64,000 nucleotides of DNA, taken from a phage. The stretch lies in assembly GCA_011884725.1 (NCBI GenBank), contig GCA_011884725.1_3919.1; one strand, 5' to 3'. Of this stretch, positions 44,843-54,318 are shown one piece after another. The first letter of the stretch is position 1, and each line of letters opens with the position of its first letter. A model generated the notes under the pieces. That model was not told the origin of the DNA. It did not search any database and worked only from the letters and a program-made list of their open reading frames with translations. The position numbers were made by a program, and so were the translations under genes.

Positions 44843-44921
44843 GCTCCATTACTCCAATTGGCAGAGAGGCCAGACTTAAAATCTGTGTTATGTATCGGTT
44901 CGAATCCGATATGGAGTACCA
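44843..44921 (+). tRNA. tRNA with Leu-type anticodon TAA but short variable arm
   Basis: Acceptor GCTCCAT/ATGGAGT, D-loop AATTGGCAGAGAG (paralogous to the CAA tRNA), anticodon loop CTTAAAA, T-arm ATCGG-TTCGAAT-CCGAT, A73, CCA. Confidence 0.55.
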
Positions 44922-44926
44922 AATTT

Positions 44927-45002
44927 AGCGGTATAGCATAACTGGCAATGCAGCAGTCTCTGAAGCTGTCCTATTAAGGTTCAAATCCTTATGCCGCTGC
45001 CA
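44927..45002 (+). tRNA. tRNA-Gln (anticodon CTG)
   Basis: Acceptor AGCGGTA/TGCCGCT, anticodon stem GCAGT/GCTGT loop CTCTGAA, T-arm TAAGG-TTCAAAT-CCTTA, G73, CCA. Confidence 0.7.
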
Positions 45003-45033
45003 CTTCTAAGGATTCTTACGAGAGTCCTTAAAT

Positions 45034-45109
45034 GTGGCCTTATCATAAATGGTAATGACCCATGCTGTGAACATGGTCTATACGGGTTCAAATCCCGTAG
45101 GTCACCCCA
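45034..45109 (+). tRNA. tRNA-His (anticodon GTG)
   Basis: Acceptor GTGGCCT/AGGTCAC, perfect anticodon stem CCATG/CATGG loop CTGTGAA, T-loop TTCAAAT, C73, CCA. Confidence 0.8.
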
Positions 45110-45114
45110 ATTTA

Positions 45115-45191
45115 TAGTCCAAGTAGCTTATATGGTTAAAGCGCGTGTCTGAAAAACATGAGAAGAGGGTTCAAATCCCACTGGACTACCA
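45115..45191 (+). tRNA. tRNA-Phe (anticodon GAA)
   Basis: Acceptor TAGTCCA/TGGACTA, anticodon stem CGTGT/ACATG loop CTGAAAA, T-loop TTCAAAT; exact 3' end ambiguous by 2 nt. Confidence 0.65.
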
Positions 45192-45207
45192 ATTTCAAAG
45201 GTGCTTA

Positions 45208-45942
45208 ATGAAAGAGATGACAGAACAAGGTAAGGAGATTTTCAATCTCTTAAAAACCGGTAAAGGGTTTTCTAACCCCCTTATTACTGGTGCAGCAGTT
45301 CTCGGTGGAACCGTAGCTGCCTCTACATCACTTGTAAGCTCTATTAGCTCTGTATCAGACCCTACAGTAAAGGATAAGCTTGTTGCTGCTGGACTTACAA
45401 CAGTTCTGCTTAACAGCTTTACCACGAGTCTGACAAGCACTACATCAACTACCAAAACACTAACAGATTACGGTCAAAAGTCCATTGATGAGTTTTCATC
45501 ACGTATGCAGGTAGCAAAAGGTTACTCTAATGTTATGGGTGCAGCAGGTGAACAAGTTGGCTGTACACCATTTAGTGGTATTATGGGTGTTGCTACAGAG
45601 TATGGTCAAAAAACTATTGATACGATTAACAGTGTACTAGATAGTGTTAATGGTGTGTTAAGTGACTTACAAGATGCTATTGACAAAGGTCTTGATACTA
45701 TTTCTGATTTAGCTGAGCAAGCTGTTAGTAAGATTAATGAAGGTATTTCAAAAATTACAGCTTATGCAGATGAAGTTGTGCAGATGATTGAAGAAGAAGC
45801 TGCTCTTATTGCAGAGTACCTTAAAACGAATATCAATGGGTTCTTAGCAGGTATCTTACCAGACTGGTTTGATGATGCTTGTAAAACTGGTGTAATTGAC
45901 ACTATTGCAACACCAGAAATGAAGAACGCATTACAGAAATAA
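45208..45942 (+). CDS. hypothetical Ser/Thr-rich protein
   Basis: Start set to ATG 45208 (track ORF start 45145 lies inside the tRNA-Phe gene); stop 45940-45942 sits 2 nt before a tRNA. Confidence 0.45.
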   Translation: MKEMTEQGKEIFNLLKTGKGFSNPLITGAAVLGGTVAASTSLVSSISSVSDPTVKDKLVAAGLTTVLLNSFTTSLTSTTSTTKTLTDYGQKSIDEFSSRMQVAKGYSNVMGAAGEQVGCTPFSGIMGVATEYGQKTIDTINSVLDSVNGVLSDLQDAIDKGLDTISDLAEQAVSKINEGISKITAYADEVVQMIEEEAALIAEYLKTNINGFLAGILPDWFDDACKTGVIDTIATPEMKNALQK

Positions 45943-45944
45943 AT

Positions 45945-46037
45945 GGAAGATTAACCCTAAAAGGTAAGGGAGCAGTTTGCTAAACTGCCAGTAGCTGAGA
46001 AATCGGTGTACCAGTTCAAGTCTGGTATCTTCCTCCA
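45945..46037 (+). tRNA. tRNA-Ser (anticodon GCT), long variable arm
   Basis: 93 nt; perfect acceptor GGAAGAT/ATCTTCC, perfect anticodon stem GCAGT/ACTGC loop TTGCTAA, T-arm ACCAG-TTCAAGT-CTGGT, CCA. Confidence 0.7.
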
Positions 46038-46041
46038 ATTT

Positions 46042-46117
46042 GAATCCGTGACAGAAACGGCTATGTGCCTGTCTGCAAAACAGGTTTATAAGGGTTCGAG
46101 TCCCTTCGGATTCTCCA
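46042..46117 (+). tRNA. tRNA-Cys (anticodon GCA)
   Basis: Perfect acceptor GAATCCG/CGGATTC, perfect anticodon stem CCTGT/ACAGG loop CTGCAAA, T-arm AAGGG-TTCGAGT-CCCTT, U73, CCA. Confidence 0.8.
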
Positions 46118-46339
46118 AGTTATTTTACTCTCTCTCAATTAAAATAATAATAATGCCCTGCTATAAGTATTCTTCCTTTCGCTACCGAAGAGTATTTTTA
46201 GACAGGGCTTTTTTACAGAGTTATACTTTATAGGAAGACTTATACAGTATGTCTCTGACGTACATTGTGGTTTCTCCTTGACGGTCTCTGTGCCGTCTTT
46301 TTTAAGGGGAAACATGATTAACTATTTGGAGAAAACATA

Positions 46340-46540
46340 ATGAGCGAGACCGTTTATAAAGAACTTTATGAAGCTAATAAAAAGCTAGAATTTATGCAGA
46401 ATACTATCATGGCAATTGCAGACAGATTGTCTGTAGCAACAGGTATTGATATTAAAGAAGCATCTATGGATGCACTTCTTGATGCTGTTGATGCAAAGTT
46501 CGAAGTTAAGAAAGAAGAGACTGCTACAGACTCTGAATAA
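46340..46540 (+). CDS. hypothetical small acidic protein upstream of terminase
   Basis: ORF track; GGAGAA upstream. Confidence 0.45.
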   Translation: MSETVYKELYEANKKLEFMQNTIMAIADRLSVATGIDIKEASMDALLDAVDAKFEVKKEETATDSE

Positions 46541-46561
46541 TTCTATTTGCGGAGGTGCTTA

Positions 46562-48163
46562 ATGGACTTAAATGCTGTTAAGCAGAAGCGAGTGGAAGAT
46601 GTTAGGAAAGTCCTAGCTGGAGAGTTGGGGCTTTCTGATGAAGTAAAAGAAATTATTAAATCATTCGGTAAAGACCCCTCTAAATTCCTTCCAACTCAAA
46701 TTCTGACTTTATTAAGATACACACCAGACCAAGTTCGCCTTATCTTTAAATTGATGACTGATAAGAATTATGTAGCCCCTCAGCCGGGTTCTCAAGAGGT
46801 CTTTTTAAATACTAATGCTGACTTGGTTCTCTATGGTGGTGCTGCGGGTGCTGGTAAGACTGCTGCATTGTTAATGGACTCTTTAAGGTTTATTGATGAC
46901 CCTAATTATAATGCTGTATATTTCCGTCGAAATACAACACAGCTACAAGGTGGTTTGTGGCCTGCTGCAAAGAAACTATTTGGTAAGTTTGGTGGGGTTC
47001 CTCACGAGCAGAAGATGACTATCACATTCCCTTCTGGGGCAACTATCAAGTTTACCTATCTAGAGCTTGAAAAGCACGCTGAAGGTCATCAGGGTATTGA
47101 GTATTCAGCTATTTACTTTGACGAAGGTACTCACTTCTCTGCTTCACAGATTTCATACCTACAGACTCGTCTACGTTCTGGGGCTGAAGGTGATTCATAC
47201 ATGAAGATTTCTATGAACCCAGACAGAGACCACTTTATTTACGATTGGGTAGAACCATTCTTAGATGAAGAAGGTTACCCAGACCCTGAAAAGTGTGGTC
47301 GTATTCGTTGGTATGTAATGAATGATGGTGTTATGGTTTCTGATTGGGAGAGAGACAAGATTCTTGAAATGTTTCCTCTTGAGATTCCTCAAACATATAC
47401 ATTCATCTCTGGTACGATTGATGATAACCCAATTCTTGACTTCTTAGAACCTAAATATCGTGGTAAGTTGGAAAACAACACCCCTGTAAACGTTGCAAGA
47501 CTTCGTTTCGGTAACTGGAAGGCTCGTGCAGAAGGTTCAAACTATTGGCAAAGACAATGGTGTGAAATTGTTGATTCACTCCCAGAAGATGTATTCGATG
47601 TCAGAGCATGGGACTTAGCAGCAACTTTACCATCTGAGATTAACCCTAACCCAGACTGGACAGCAGGTGTTAAGATGGGTAAATCTAAAAAAGACGGTTG
47701 CTATTATATCATTGATGTAGTAAGATTTAGAGATAGACCCTCTGGAGTCGAAACACAAATTAATTTGACTGCTGAAAGTGACGGTAAGCGAACTGGTATT
47801 TTTATCCCTCAAGACCCAGGCGCTGCTGGTAAATCCTACGCAACATCCCTCATCAGGAAACTTGCCGAGAAAGGTTATCGAGCAAGAGCTAAACCAACAA
47901 ATAAAGACAAAGTTACCCGATTTGCGGGGTTTTCTGCTGCTTCTGAAGCTGGACTTGTAAAAGTCTTGAGAGGTAGTTGGAACGAAGCTTACTTTCAAGA
48001 ACTTGAAGGTTTTTGTGGTGATGGTAAAACTAAAGATGACCAAGTGGATGCTACCAGTGATGCTTTCAACAGTCTTAACGAAGTTAAATTATTCAAGCCA
48101 CCATCAATGGGTGCTCACACAGACTTAGTGAGAGGAAACCCATATGAGGGGCTTAGACGTTGA
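46562..48163 (+). CDS. terL: terminase large subunit
   Basis: ATG 46562 with GGAGG upstream (track start is a TTG); Walker A YGGAAGAGKT; size and position before the portal gene. Confidence 0.8.
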   Translation: MDLNAVKQKRVEDVRKVLAGELGLSDEVKEIIKSFGKDPSKFLPTQILTLLRYTPDQVRLIFKLMTDKNYVAPQPGSQEVFLNTNADLVLYGGAAGAGKTAALLMDSLRFIDDPNYNAVYFRRNTTQLQGGLWPAAKKLFGKFGGVPHEQKMTITFPSGATIKFTYLELEKHAEGHQGIEYSAIYFDEGTHFSASQISYLQTRLRSGAEGDSYMKISMNPDRDHFIYDWVEPFLDEEGYPDPEKCGRIRWYVMNDGVMVSDWERDKILEMFPLEIPQTYTFISGTIDDNPILDFLEPKYRGKLENNTPVNVARLRFGNWKARAEGSNYWQRQWCEIVDSLPEDVFDVRAWDLAATLPSEINPNPDWTAGVKMGKSKKDGCYYIIDVVRFRDRPSGVETQINLTAESDGKRTGIFIPQDPGAAGKSYATSLIRKLAEKGYRARAKPTNKDKVTRFAGFSAASEAGLVKVLRGSWNEAYFQELEGFCGDGKTKDDQVDATSDAFNSLNEVKLFKPPSMGAHTDLVRGNPYEGLRR

Positions 48164-48179
48164 TAGCTAGGTGAGAAGA

Positions 48180-49646
48180 ATGGCAGATATTACAGAAACA
48201 CAAGAAAGCTTACCACCATTTAGAATGGGTGAAGTAGGTTCTTTGGGTCTGAAGGTTAAGAATGGAAGAATCTATGAAGAACCTCGTCAGGCACTAAGGT
48301 TCCCTGAAAGTATTAAAACTTTCCAATTAATGATGCGTGACCCTGCTGTAGCAGCATCTGTAAATATTATTAAGATGTTTGTCAGAAAAGTCAACTGGAG
48401 ATTCGTACCTCCAAAGGGAAAAGAGCAAGACCCTAAAATGCTTGAAAGAGCAGACTTCTTTAATTCTTTAATGGATGACATGGAGCATGATTGGGCAGAT
48501 TTTATTAATTCTGTAATGTCATTCTGCACTTATGGGTTCTGTGTTAACGAGAAAGTTTATAAGAAGCGTCAGGGTAAAAAAGGAAAGTACCAGTCTAAAT
48601 TTGATGATGGTCTAATTGGATGGGCTAAATTACCAATCAGAAACCAATCAACACTTGATAAGTGGTATTTTGACGAAGACTTTAGAAAAGTTACAGGTGT
48701 TAGGCAGAATCTGAGAAATGTTTCACATATTGCTGGAGCAATTAATCTCGGAGAAAGACCACTAACAAGAAAACTTCCACGAGCTAAATTCATGCTGTTC
48801 AAGTATGACGATGAATATGGAAATCCAGAAGGTCGTTCACCATTACTTAATGCTTATGTACCGTGGAAGTATAAAGTACAGATTGAAGAGTATGAAGCTG
48901 TTGGTGTTTCAAGAGACTTGGTAGGTATGCCAAAGATTGGTTTACCACCAGATTATCTGGATGAAAATGCAGAACCTGAAAAGAAAGCTTTCGTACAATA
49001 CTGCAAAACTGTTGTCAACGATATGATTGCTAATGACAGAGCAGGTTTAATCTGGCCTAGATATATCGACCCAGATACTAAAGAGGATATTTTCGAGTTC
49101 TCATTAGTTTCTAGACAGGGTGCTAAAGCATACGATACAGGTTCTATTATTGACAGATACTCCAAGCAGATTATGATGGCATTTATGTCAGATGTTCTTG
49201 CTATGGGTCAGTCAAAATACGGTTCATTCTCTCTTGCAGATTCTAAGACAAGCTTATTAGCGATGTCAGTAGATATTCTGCTGAAGCAAATTAAGAACGT
49301 AATTAACCGTGACTTAGTTGCACAGACTTATGCTCTTAATATGTGGGATGATGAAGAACATGTACAAATCACATATGATGATATCGAAACTCCAGACCTT
49401 GAAGCAATTGGTTCTTATATTCAGAAGACTGTTGCAGTAGGTGCTTTGGAAGTTGACAAAGAACTATCTAACAAGCTTAGAGAGCATATTGGTCTTCCTC
49501 CTGCTGATGAGTCTCAGCCAGTATCTGAAAAGCTTTCTCCAAATAGCCAAAGCCGTTCAGGAGATGGTTATAAGACCGCTGGAGAAGGTACTGCAAAGAC
49601 ACCTTCAGCGAAAGACCCAAGCACAGCAAATAAGGCAAATAAATAA
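48180..49646 (+). CDS. portal protein
   Basis: About 490 aa directly after terL, with acidic C-terminus; assignment by position and size. Confidence 0.6.
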   Translation: MADITETQESLPPFRMGEVGSLGLKVKNGRIYEEPRQALRFPESIKTFQLMMRDPAVAASVNIIKMFVRKVNWRFVPPKGKEQDPKMLERADFFNSLMDDMEHDWADFINSVMSFCTYGFCVNEKVYKKRQGKKGKYQSKFDDGLIGWAKLPIRNQSTLDKWYFDEDFRKVTGVRQNLRNVSHIAGAINLGERPLTRKLPRAKFMLFKYDDEYGNPEGRSPLLNAYVPWKYKVQIEEYEAVGVSRDLVGMPKIGLPPDYLDENAEPEKKAFVQYCKTVVNDMIANDRAGLIWPRYIDPDTKEDIFEFSLVSRQGAKAYDTGSIIDRYSKQIMMAFMSDVLAMGQSKYGSFSLADSKTSLLAMSVDILLKQIKNVINRDLVAQTYALNMWDDEEHVQITYDDIETPDLEAIGSYIQKTVAVGALEVDKELSNKLREHIGLPPADESQPVSEKLSPNSQSRSGDGYKTAGEGTAKTPSAKDPSTANKANK

Positions 49647-50146
49647 TGGCTGAAGTTATCTCTATTTCAAATGCTACACGAGTGCATTCGTATAGAGGTG
49701 TTCTTATTATCACTGACAAATTATCTGTAGAGGTTGGCTCAAGGGTCAGCCTTTCAGGTTATGTAAGTGATGGTGAAACCTCTGACGTTTTCACTATTTG
49801 CAGGTTACTTGATGCTCCAATGAGTGGGAAACCGTTTATTTCAGGAAATTGTAGTGAAATTGTTAAAATTCCATTTGACAGTTCATGCCTTTTGGGTGTA
49901 AAGTTATATAACTGCGAGAATAAACGTATCAATGTTAATAGCATTGAAGCCGCTTTCATTACCCTCGACACTGCATTTCAATCTCCAATGACAGTTAATA
50001 AAGAAACAAACAGACTTGAATACATTTTTTCACAAAATGATTACAAAGTACTTGTCAAAGGTAAAGTATATGATATGATTGTAAATGTGGTAGATGAATC
50101 TGGTAACCATTCAACAGTCCTTAAACAAAAAGTAAGGTTTAATTAA
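49646..50146 (+). CDS. hypothetical head-module protein
   Basis: ORF track. Confidence 0.45.
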   Translation: MAEVISISNATRVHSYRGVLIITDKLSVEVGSRVSLSGYVSDGETSDVFTICRLLDAPMSGKPFISGNCSEIVKIPFDSSCLLGVKLYNCENKRINVNSIEAAFITLDTAFQSPMTVNKETNRLEYIFSQNDYKVLVKGKVYDMIVNVVDESGNHSTVLKQKVRFN

Positions 50147-50478
50147 TGGGAACATTAACTATTGATGGTAAGAATAAAATCCTCGCCACGCTAACCCCAA
50201 CGACTATTATTTTACACAATGTAGACCCAACGGCAGACCCTACAGCAAATAAGGTTACTCAGCCAGTGGCTATTTATTTTTCTGAACCGGATAACGGCTT
50301 AATTGCCTCAGAAGACACAGTTAATATTACTGTTCCAGCTTCTGCAACGGTCTCACACTATAGCTTGTGGGATGCTAACGATAAATGCGTGGCAACTGGT
50401 GCTCTTAGCAAACCTCAATTCTTTGCTGAAGAAGGTATTTATGTTATCTCTTCAGTCTCTGTAGATTTAAACAAATAG
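50146..50478 (+). CDS. hypothetical head-module protein
   Basis: ORF track. Confidence 0.45.
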   Translation: MGTLTIDGKNKILATLTPTTIILHNVDPTADPTANKVTQPVAIYFSEPDNGLIASEDTVNITVPASATVSHYSLWDANDKCVATGALSKPQFFAEEGIYVISSVSVDLNK

Positions 50479-50489
50479 GGTGAGTAAAA

Positions 50490-51836
50490 ATGAGTTCGAA
50501 TATCTTCAGACTTGCTGATAGATTATTCAACCAACCTTTACTAGCCACTGAATCATTAGCTCACTCAGCAGCAACTTATGTGAATAACAGATTGCTGGGT
50601 GATGTCCAAGCAGCAGTAAACTTTGATAAACCCAAAGGTGACGCAAGAAGTCTTTTAAAAGTAAAAGATGACATTGCTATTATCCCTATTATGGGTGGTT
50701 TAACTCATCGTATGACGTTCATTGATGCAATGTGTACAGGTGGATTAAGCTCTTATGAGGGTTTACGTAGAGGCTTTGACGAAGCTTTAGCAGATGAGTC
50801 AATCAAGACTATTGTTCTGCATATTGATTCTGGTGGTGGTGAAGCTTCAGGTTGCTTTGAATTAGCACGTCACATCATGGCTTCAAGAGGCCAAAAGAAA
50901 ATTATTGCTTATGTAGATGAGTTCGCTTGTTCCGCTGCATATGCTCTTGCATCTTCTGCTGAAGAAATTATTGCATCACCAGATGCAGATGTTGGTTCTA
51001 TTGGTGTAATCATGGTTCATCAGGAATTAACTAAGGCATTTGAAAAGAATGGCGTAACAATTAACGTCATCAAAGCTGGTGAGTTTAAAGGTATGGGTTC
51101 ACCATTCCAAGCACTTTCAGAAGAAAGCAAAGAAAGACTTCAAAAGAGAATTAATGATACCTACGCAACCTTTACAGGTTTTGTAGCTGAAGCTCGTAAT
51201 ATCTCTGAAGAAGCTGTAAAGAATACTGAGGCGAATGTTTATTCTGCTCAGGAAGCTCTTGAACTTGGTTTAATTAACTCAATCATGTCTCAAGATGATT
51301 TCTTAAATTACTTACAAGGTTCTGAAGAGGCTCCTGTAAGTTTAAACGTTAACAATTCAGGTGAAGAAATGACTGAACAAGAAAAGCAAGAACTAGAAGC
51401 TTTGCGTCTTCAGGTTGCTCAAATGAAAGCTAAAGAACAGGAAGCTGCTTTGTCAGATTTGACTAATAAGATTTCTGCTTCTGCTGAAGCTTTTGGATTT
51501 GATGCAAAAGAAGCTGCAACGACTATTTTAGGTGCTGGTCTTGATAACCCTCTGAGTGTTCTGTTTATGAATGCTATGGAAGGTGCTAACCAGAAACTTA
51601 ATGAAACTATCGCGTCCCATGCTTCTGCAATGGAAGAAAAAGAATCAGAAATTACCAAGCTGAAAGAAACTGCTGGTGCTGTTCTTGAACATTCCAACGC
51701 TATGGAAGAAGTGGGTAATGACGGCGAAGCTGATTTAGTTGAAGAAGAAAAAGAACCAGCTAAGAATGCTTCCGAAGACACCGCTGAACAACGCAAACTG
51801 GCTCTCCAGAATGCTCTAAAATCTCTTATCAAATAA
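50490..51836 (+). CDS. prohead protease (S49/ClpP-like) fused to scaffolding-like coiled-coil domain
   Basis: N-terminal peptidase-like region (IPIMGGL..., IDSGGGEASG, FACSAAYALAS) then Glu/Ala/Lys-rich helical C-terminus. Confidence 0.65.
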   Translation: MSSNIFRLADRLFNQPLLATESLAHSAATYVNNRLLGDVQAAVNFDKPKGDARSLLKVKDDIAIIPIMGGLTHRMTFIDAMCTGGLSSYEGLRRGFDEALADESIKTIVLHIDSGGGEASGCFELARHIMASRGQKKIIAYVDEFACSAAYALASSAEEIIASPDADVGSIGVIMVHQELTKAFEKNGVTINVIKAGEFKGMGSPFQALSEESKERLQKRINDTYATFTGFVAEARNISEEAVKNTEANVYSAQEALELGLINSIMSQDDFLNYLQGSEEAPVSLNVNNSGEEMTEQEKQELEALRLQVAQMKAKEQEAALSDLTNKISASAEAFGFDAKEAATTILGAGLDNPLSVLFMNAMEGANQKLNETIASHASAMEEKESEITKLKETAGAVLEHSNAMEEVGNDGEADLVEEEKEPAKNASEDTAEQRKLALQNALKSLIK

Positions 51837-51847
51837 GGAACACAATA

Positions 51848-52225
51848 ATGGCATATCAAGGTTTTACTAAGTTAGGTAAAAGAGAACCTCTGAATGATAT
51901 CATTCTTTGGGAACAGGTTACCCCAACAGGCCACTCTCGTAAAGAGTACACCCCACAGGCATCTACAGAATATCGTGTAGGTGAAGTTCTGAAAGCAGAT
52001 GGTACTAAAGTTGCAGCAGGGGAAGAAGCTCAGGCTGATTCTGTATGTATCGTTAACTTTTATGCAGACCTGCAACTGTCTTACCACGGTCAGTTGAAAG
52101 TTGTTGGTATTTACCGTGACGCAGAACTGAAAGACATGCTGACTCTTGAGTCTGGTGTTAATGCCGAGAGCGTCAAGACAGCTCTGGCTGCTAAAGGTAT
52201 TGATTTCGTACCAACTGGCCTGTAA
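51848..52225 (+). CDS. possible head decoration protein
   Basis: 125 aa between protease and capsid gene; assignment by position only. Confidence 0.35.
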   Translation: MAYQGFTKLGKREPLNDIILWEQVTPTGHSRKEYTPQASTEYRVGEVLKADGTKVAAGEEAQADSVCIVNFYADLQLSYHGQLKVVGIYRDAELKDMLTLESGVNAESVKTALAAKGIDFVPTGL

Positions 52226-52258
52226 TAACAATAATAAGACATTCTGGAGAATTTTACA

Positions 52259-53365
52259 ATGTTGACTAATTCTGAAAAAAGCAGATTTTTCCTTGCTGAC
52301 CTGACTGGTGAAGTCCAGTCTATCCCAAATACTTATGGGTATATTTCCAACTTAGGTCTGTTCCGTTCAGCACCAATCACCCAAACTACTTTCCTTATGG
52401 ACTTGACTGATTGGGATGTTAGCTTGCTTGATGCGGTAGACCGTGATAGCCGTAAAGCAGAGACTAGCGCACCTGAGCGTGTTCGTCAAATCAGCTTCCC
52501 AATGATGTACTTCAAAGAAGTTGAAAGCATTACTCCTGATGAAATTCAGGGTGTACGTCAGCCAGGCACTGCAAACGAACTGACTACTGAAGCTGTAGTA
52601 CGTGCTAAGAAGCTGATGAAGATTCGTACCAAGTTCGATATTACTCGTGAGTTCCTGTTTATGCAAGCTCTGAAGGGTAAAGTTGTTGATGCTCGTGGTA
52701 CTCTGTATGCTGACCTGTACAAGCAGTTCGACGTTGAGAAGAAGACTGTTTACTTCGACCTTGACAACCCTAATGCTGACATCGACGCTTCTATTGAAGA
52801 ACTGCGTATGCACATGGAAGACGAAGCTAAGACTGGCACTGTAATCAACGGTGAAGAAATTCACGTAGTTGTTGACCGTGTATTCTTCAGCAAGCTGACT
52901 AAACACCCTAAGATTCGTGATGCCTATCTTGCACAGCAGACCCCACTGGCTTGGCAACAGATTACTGGTTCTCTGAGAACTGGTGGTACTGACGGCGTTC
53001 AGGCTCACATGAACACTTTCTACTACGGTGGTGTTAAGTTTGTCCAGTACAACGGTAAGTTCAAAGACAAGCGTGGTAAGGTTCATACTCTGGTGAGCAT
53101 TGATGGTGCTGGTGCAGAGGTTGGTGTAGGACACGCTTTCCCTAACGTTTCTATGCTGGGTGAAGCAAACAACATCTTCGAAGTGGCTTATGGCCCATGC
53201 CCTAAGATGGGTTACGCAAATACACTTGGTCAGGAACTGTATGTATTCGAATACGAAAAAGACCGTGATGAAGGTATTGACTTCGAAGCTCACTCTTACA
53301 TGCTGCCATACTGTACTCGTCCTCAGTTGCTGGTAGACGTTCGTTCTGACGCTAAAGACGAATAA
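52259..53365 (+). CDS. major capsid protein
   Basis: 368 aa after protease/scaffold; GGAGA upstream; assignment by position and size. Confidence 0.6.
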   Translation: MLTNSEKSRFFLADLTGEVQSIPNTYGYISNLGLFRSAPITQTTFLMDLTDWDVSLLDAVDRDSRKAETSAPERVRQISFPMMYFKEVESITPDEIQGVRQPGTANELTTEAVVRAKKLMKIRTKFDITREFLFMQALKGKVVDARGTLYADLYKQFDVEKKTVYFDLDNPNADIDASIEELRMHMEDEAKTGTVINGEEIHVVVDRVFFSKLTKHPKIRDAYLAQQTPLAWQQITGSLRTGGTDGVQAHMNTFYYGGVKFVQYNGKFKDKRGKVHTLVSIDGAGAEVGVGHAFPNVSMLGEANNIFEVAYGPCPKMGYANTLGQELYVFEYEKDRDEGIDFEAHSYMLPYCTRPQLLVDVRSDAKDE

Positions 53366-53386
53366 TATTCTTAAGGAGGGTTATGA

Positions 53387-53836
53387 ATGTGTTATACAGG
53401 CGACCCAGCCAATAACCCTCTTGATAGAGTAAGAATCCTCTGCACAGACACCAATAATGATGAAATTCTTATTGAACAGTCTGTGCTAGAGTGGTTCTAT
53501 CTAGAATCTGGAAAGGATGAAAAGAAAGCAGCCATCAAAGCTCTTAAATATTTACTCTTTCAAGTAGCCAAGATGGGAGATGAGAAGGTTGGTGGTGTTT
53601 ATTTACGTAACTCTTCCAGATTCAAATCTCTGAAAGCTGTTTATGATGACCTTGTTAAAAGCTCTGTTTCAGGACTACCCTATGCAGGTGGTATTAACCA
53701 GTGCGATATTGATATGCGTCGTCAGAATCCTTGCTCTGTCAAGAAATACACAGAATATGGTGATGCTGCCAGATACGAAGGCAGAGATTACTGCAACCGT
53801 GTTAATGGCGTATTTATTATCGAGCGAGATGAATAA
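53387..53836 (+). CDS. hypothetical head-tail joining protein
   Basis: ORF track; position between capsid and tail genes. Confidence 0.4.
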   Translation: MCYTGDPANNPLDRVRILCTDTNNDEILIEQSVLEWFYLESGKDEKKAAIKALKYLLFQVAKMGDEKVGGVYLRNSSRFKSLKAVYDDLVKSSVSGLPYAGGINQCDIDMRRQNPCSVKKYTEYGDAARYEGRDYCNRVNGVFIIERDE

Positions 53837-54318
53837 TGGTTAAAAGGGTTATTCACCCCGCTAGAGCAAAATTAGTCGGGGCTATGAAGAACTTGCAAAC
53901 GGCTAATGCTCAAGTTGGGTATTTTCAAGAACAAGGTCAACATAGCTCTGGTTTTTCTTATCCTGCTTTAATGTATTTGCAAGAAGTTATTGGGGTTCCC
54001 TCAGCTTCTGGTAAAGTATATCGTAGGTTGTTTGAAATCACTATGATGCTAAACAGACAGACCTTGTTAGAGCAGACTAAGAAGAATCTATATAAGCAAC
54101 TTAGCAGTCTCAACACAGACCCTTCAAATACCCTAGAAGCATTTGCAAAGAATGCTCAAAAGGCAATTAAAAGAGGTTTTGGTAATTCTGCTATCCTCCC
54201 TCCTAACGCACCTTCCACAGTCAAGAAAAAAGGCTTTAATGCACCTCTTGTTGAGACAGGTGACTTAAGGGATAACCTTGCTTATAAAATTTCTACTAAG
54301 AAGGGTATTAAGAAATGA
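53836..54318 (+). CDS. hypothetical head-tail joining protein
   Basis: ORF track. Confidence 0.4.
   Translation: MVKRVIHPARAKLVGAMKNLQTANAQVGYFQEQGQHSSGFSYPALMYLQEVIGVPSASGKVYRRLFEITMMLNRQTLLEQTKKNLYKQLSSLNTDPSNTLEAFAKNAQKAIKRGFGNSAILPPNAPSTVKKKGFNAPLVETGDLRDNLAYKISTKKGIKK

Noticed and set aside
45145-45207. Track start codon at 45145 for the Ser/Thr-rich protein
   Set aside because: That start lies inside the tRNA-Phe gene; the internal ATG at 45208 after the tRNA was used.
41018-46233. Track ORFs lying within the tRNA cluster (41018-41269 -, 41783-42013 -, 42922-43116 +, 43899-44174 -, 46006-46233 +)
   Set aside because: They overlap tRNA genes or structured spacers, lack ribosome-binding sites and have low-complexity translations; treated as spurious.
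52367-53293. 308 aa minus-strand ORF antisense to the major capsid gene; similar antisense ORFs at 14316-14843, 18318-18818, 47627-48043 and 51419-51859
   Set aside because: Each lies entirely inside a well-supported plus-strand gene; the translations are low-complexity and show no recognisable motifs.
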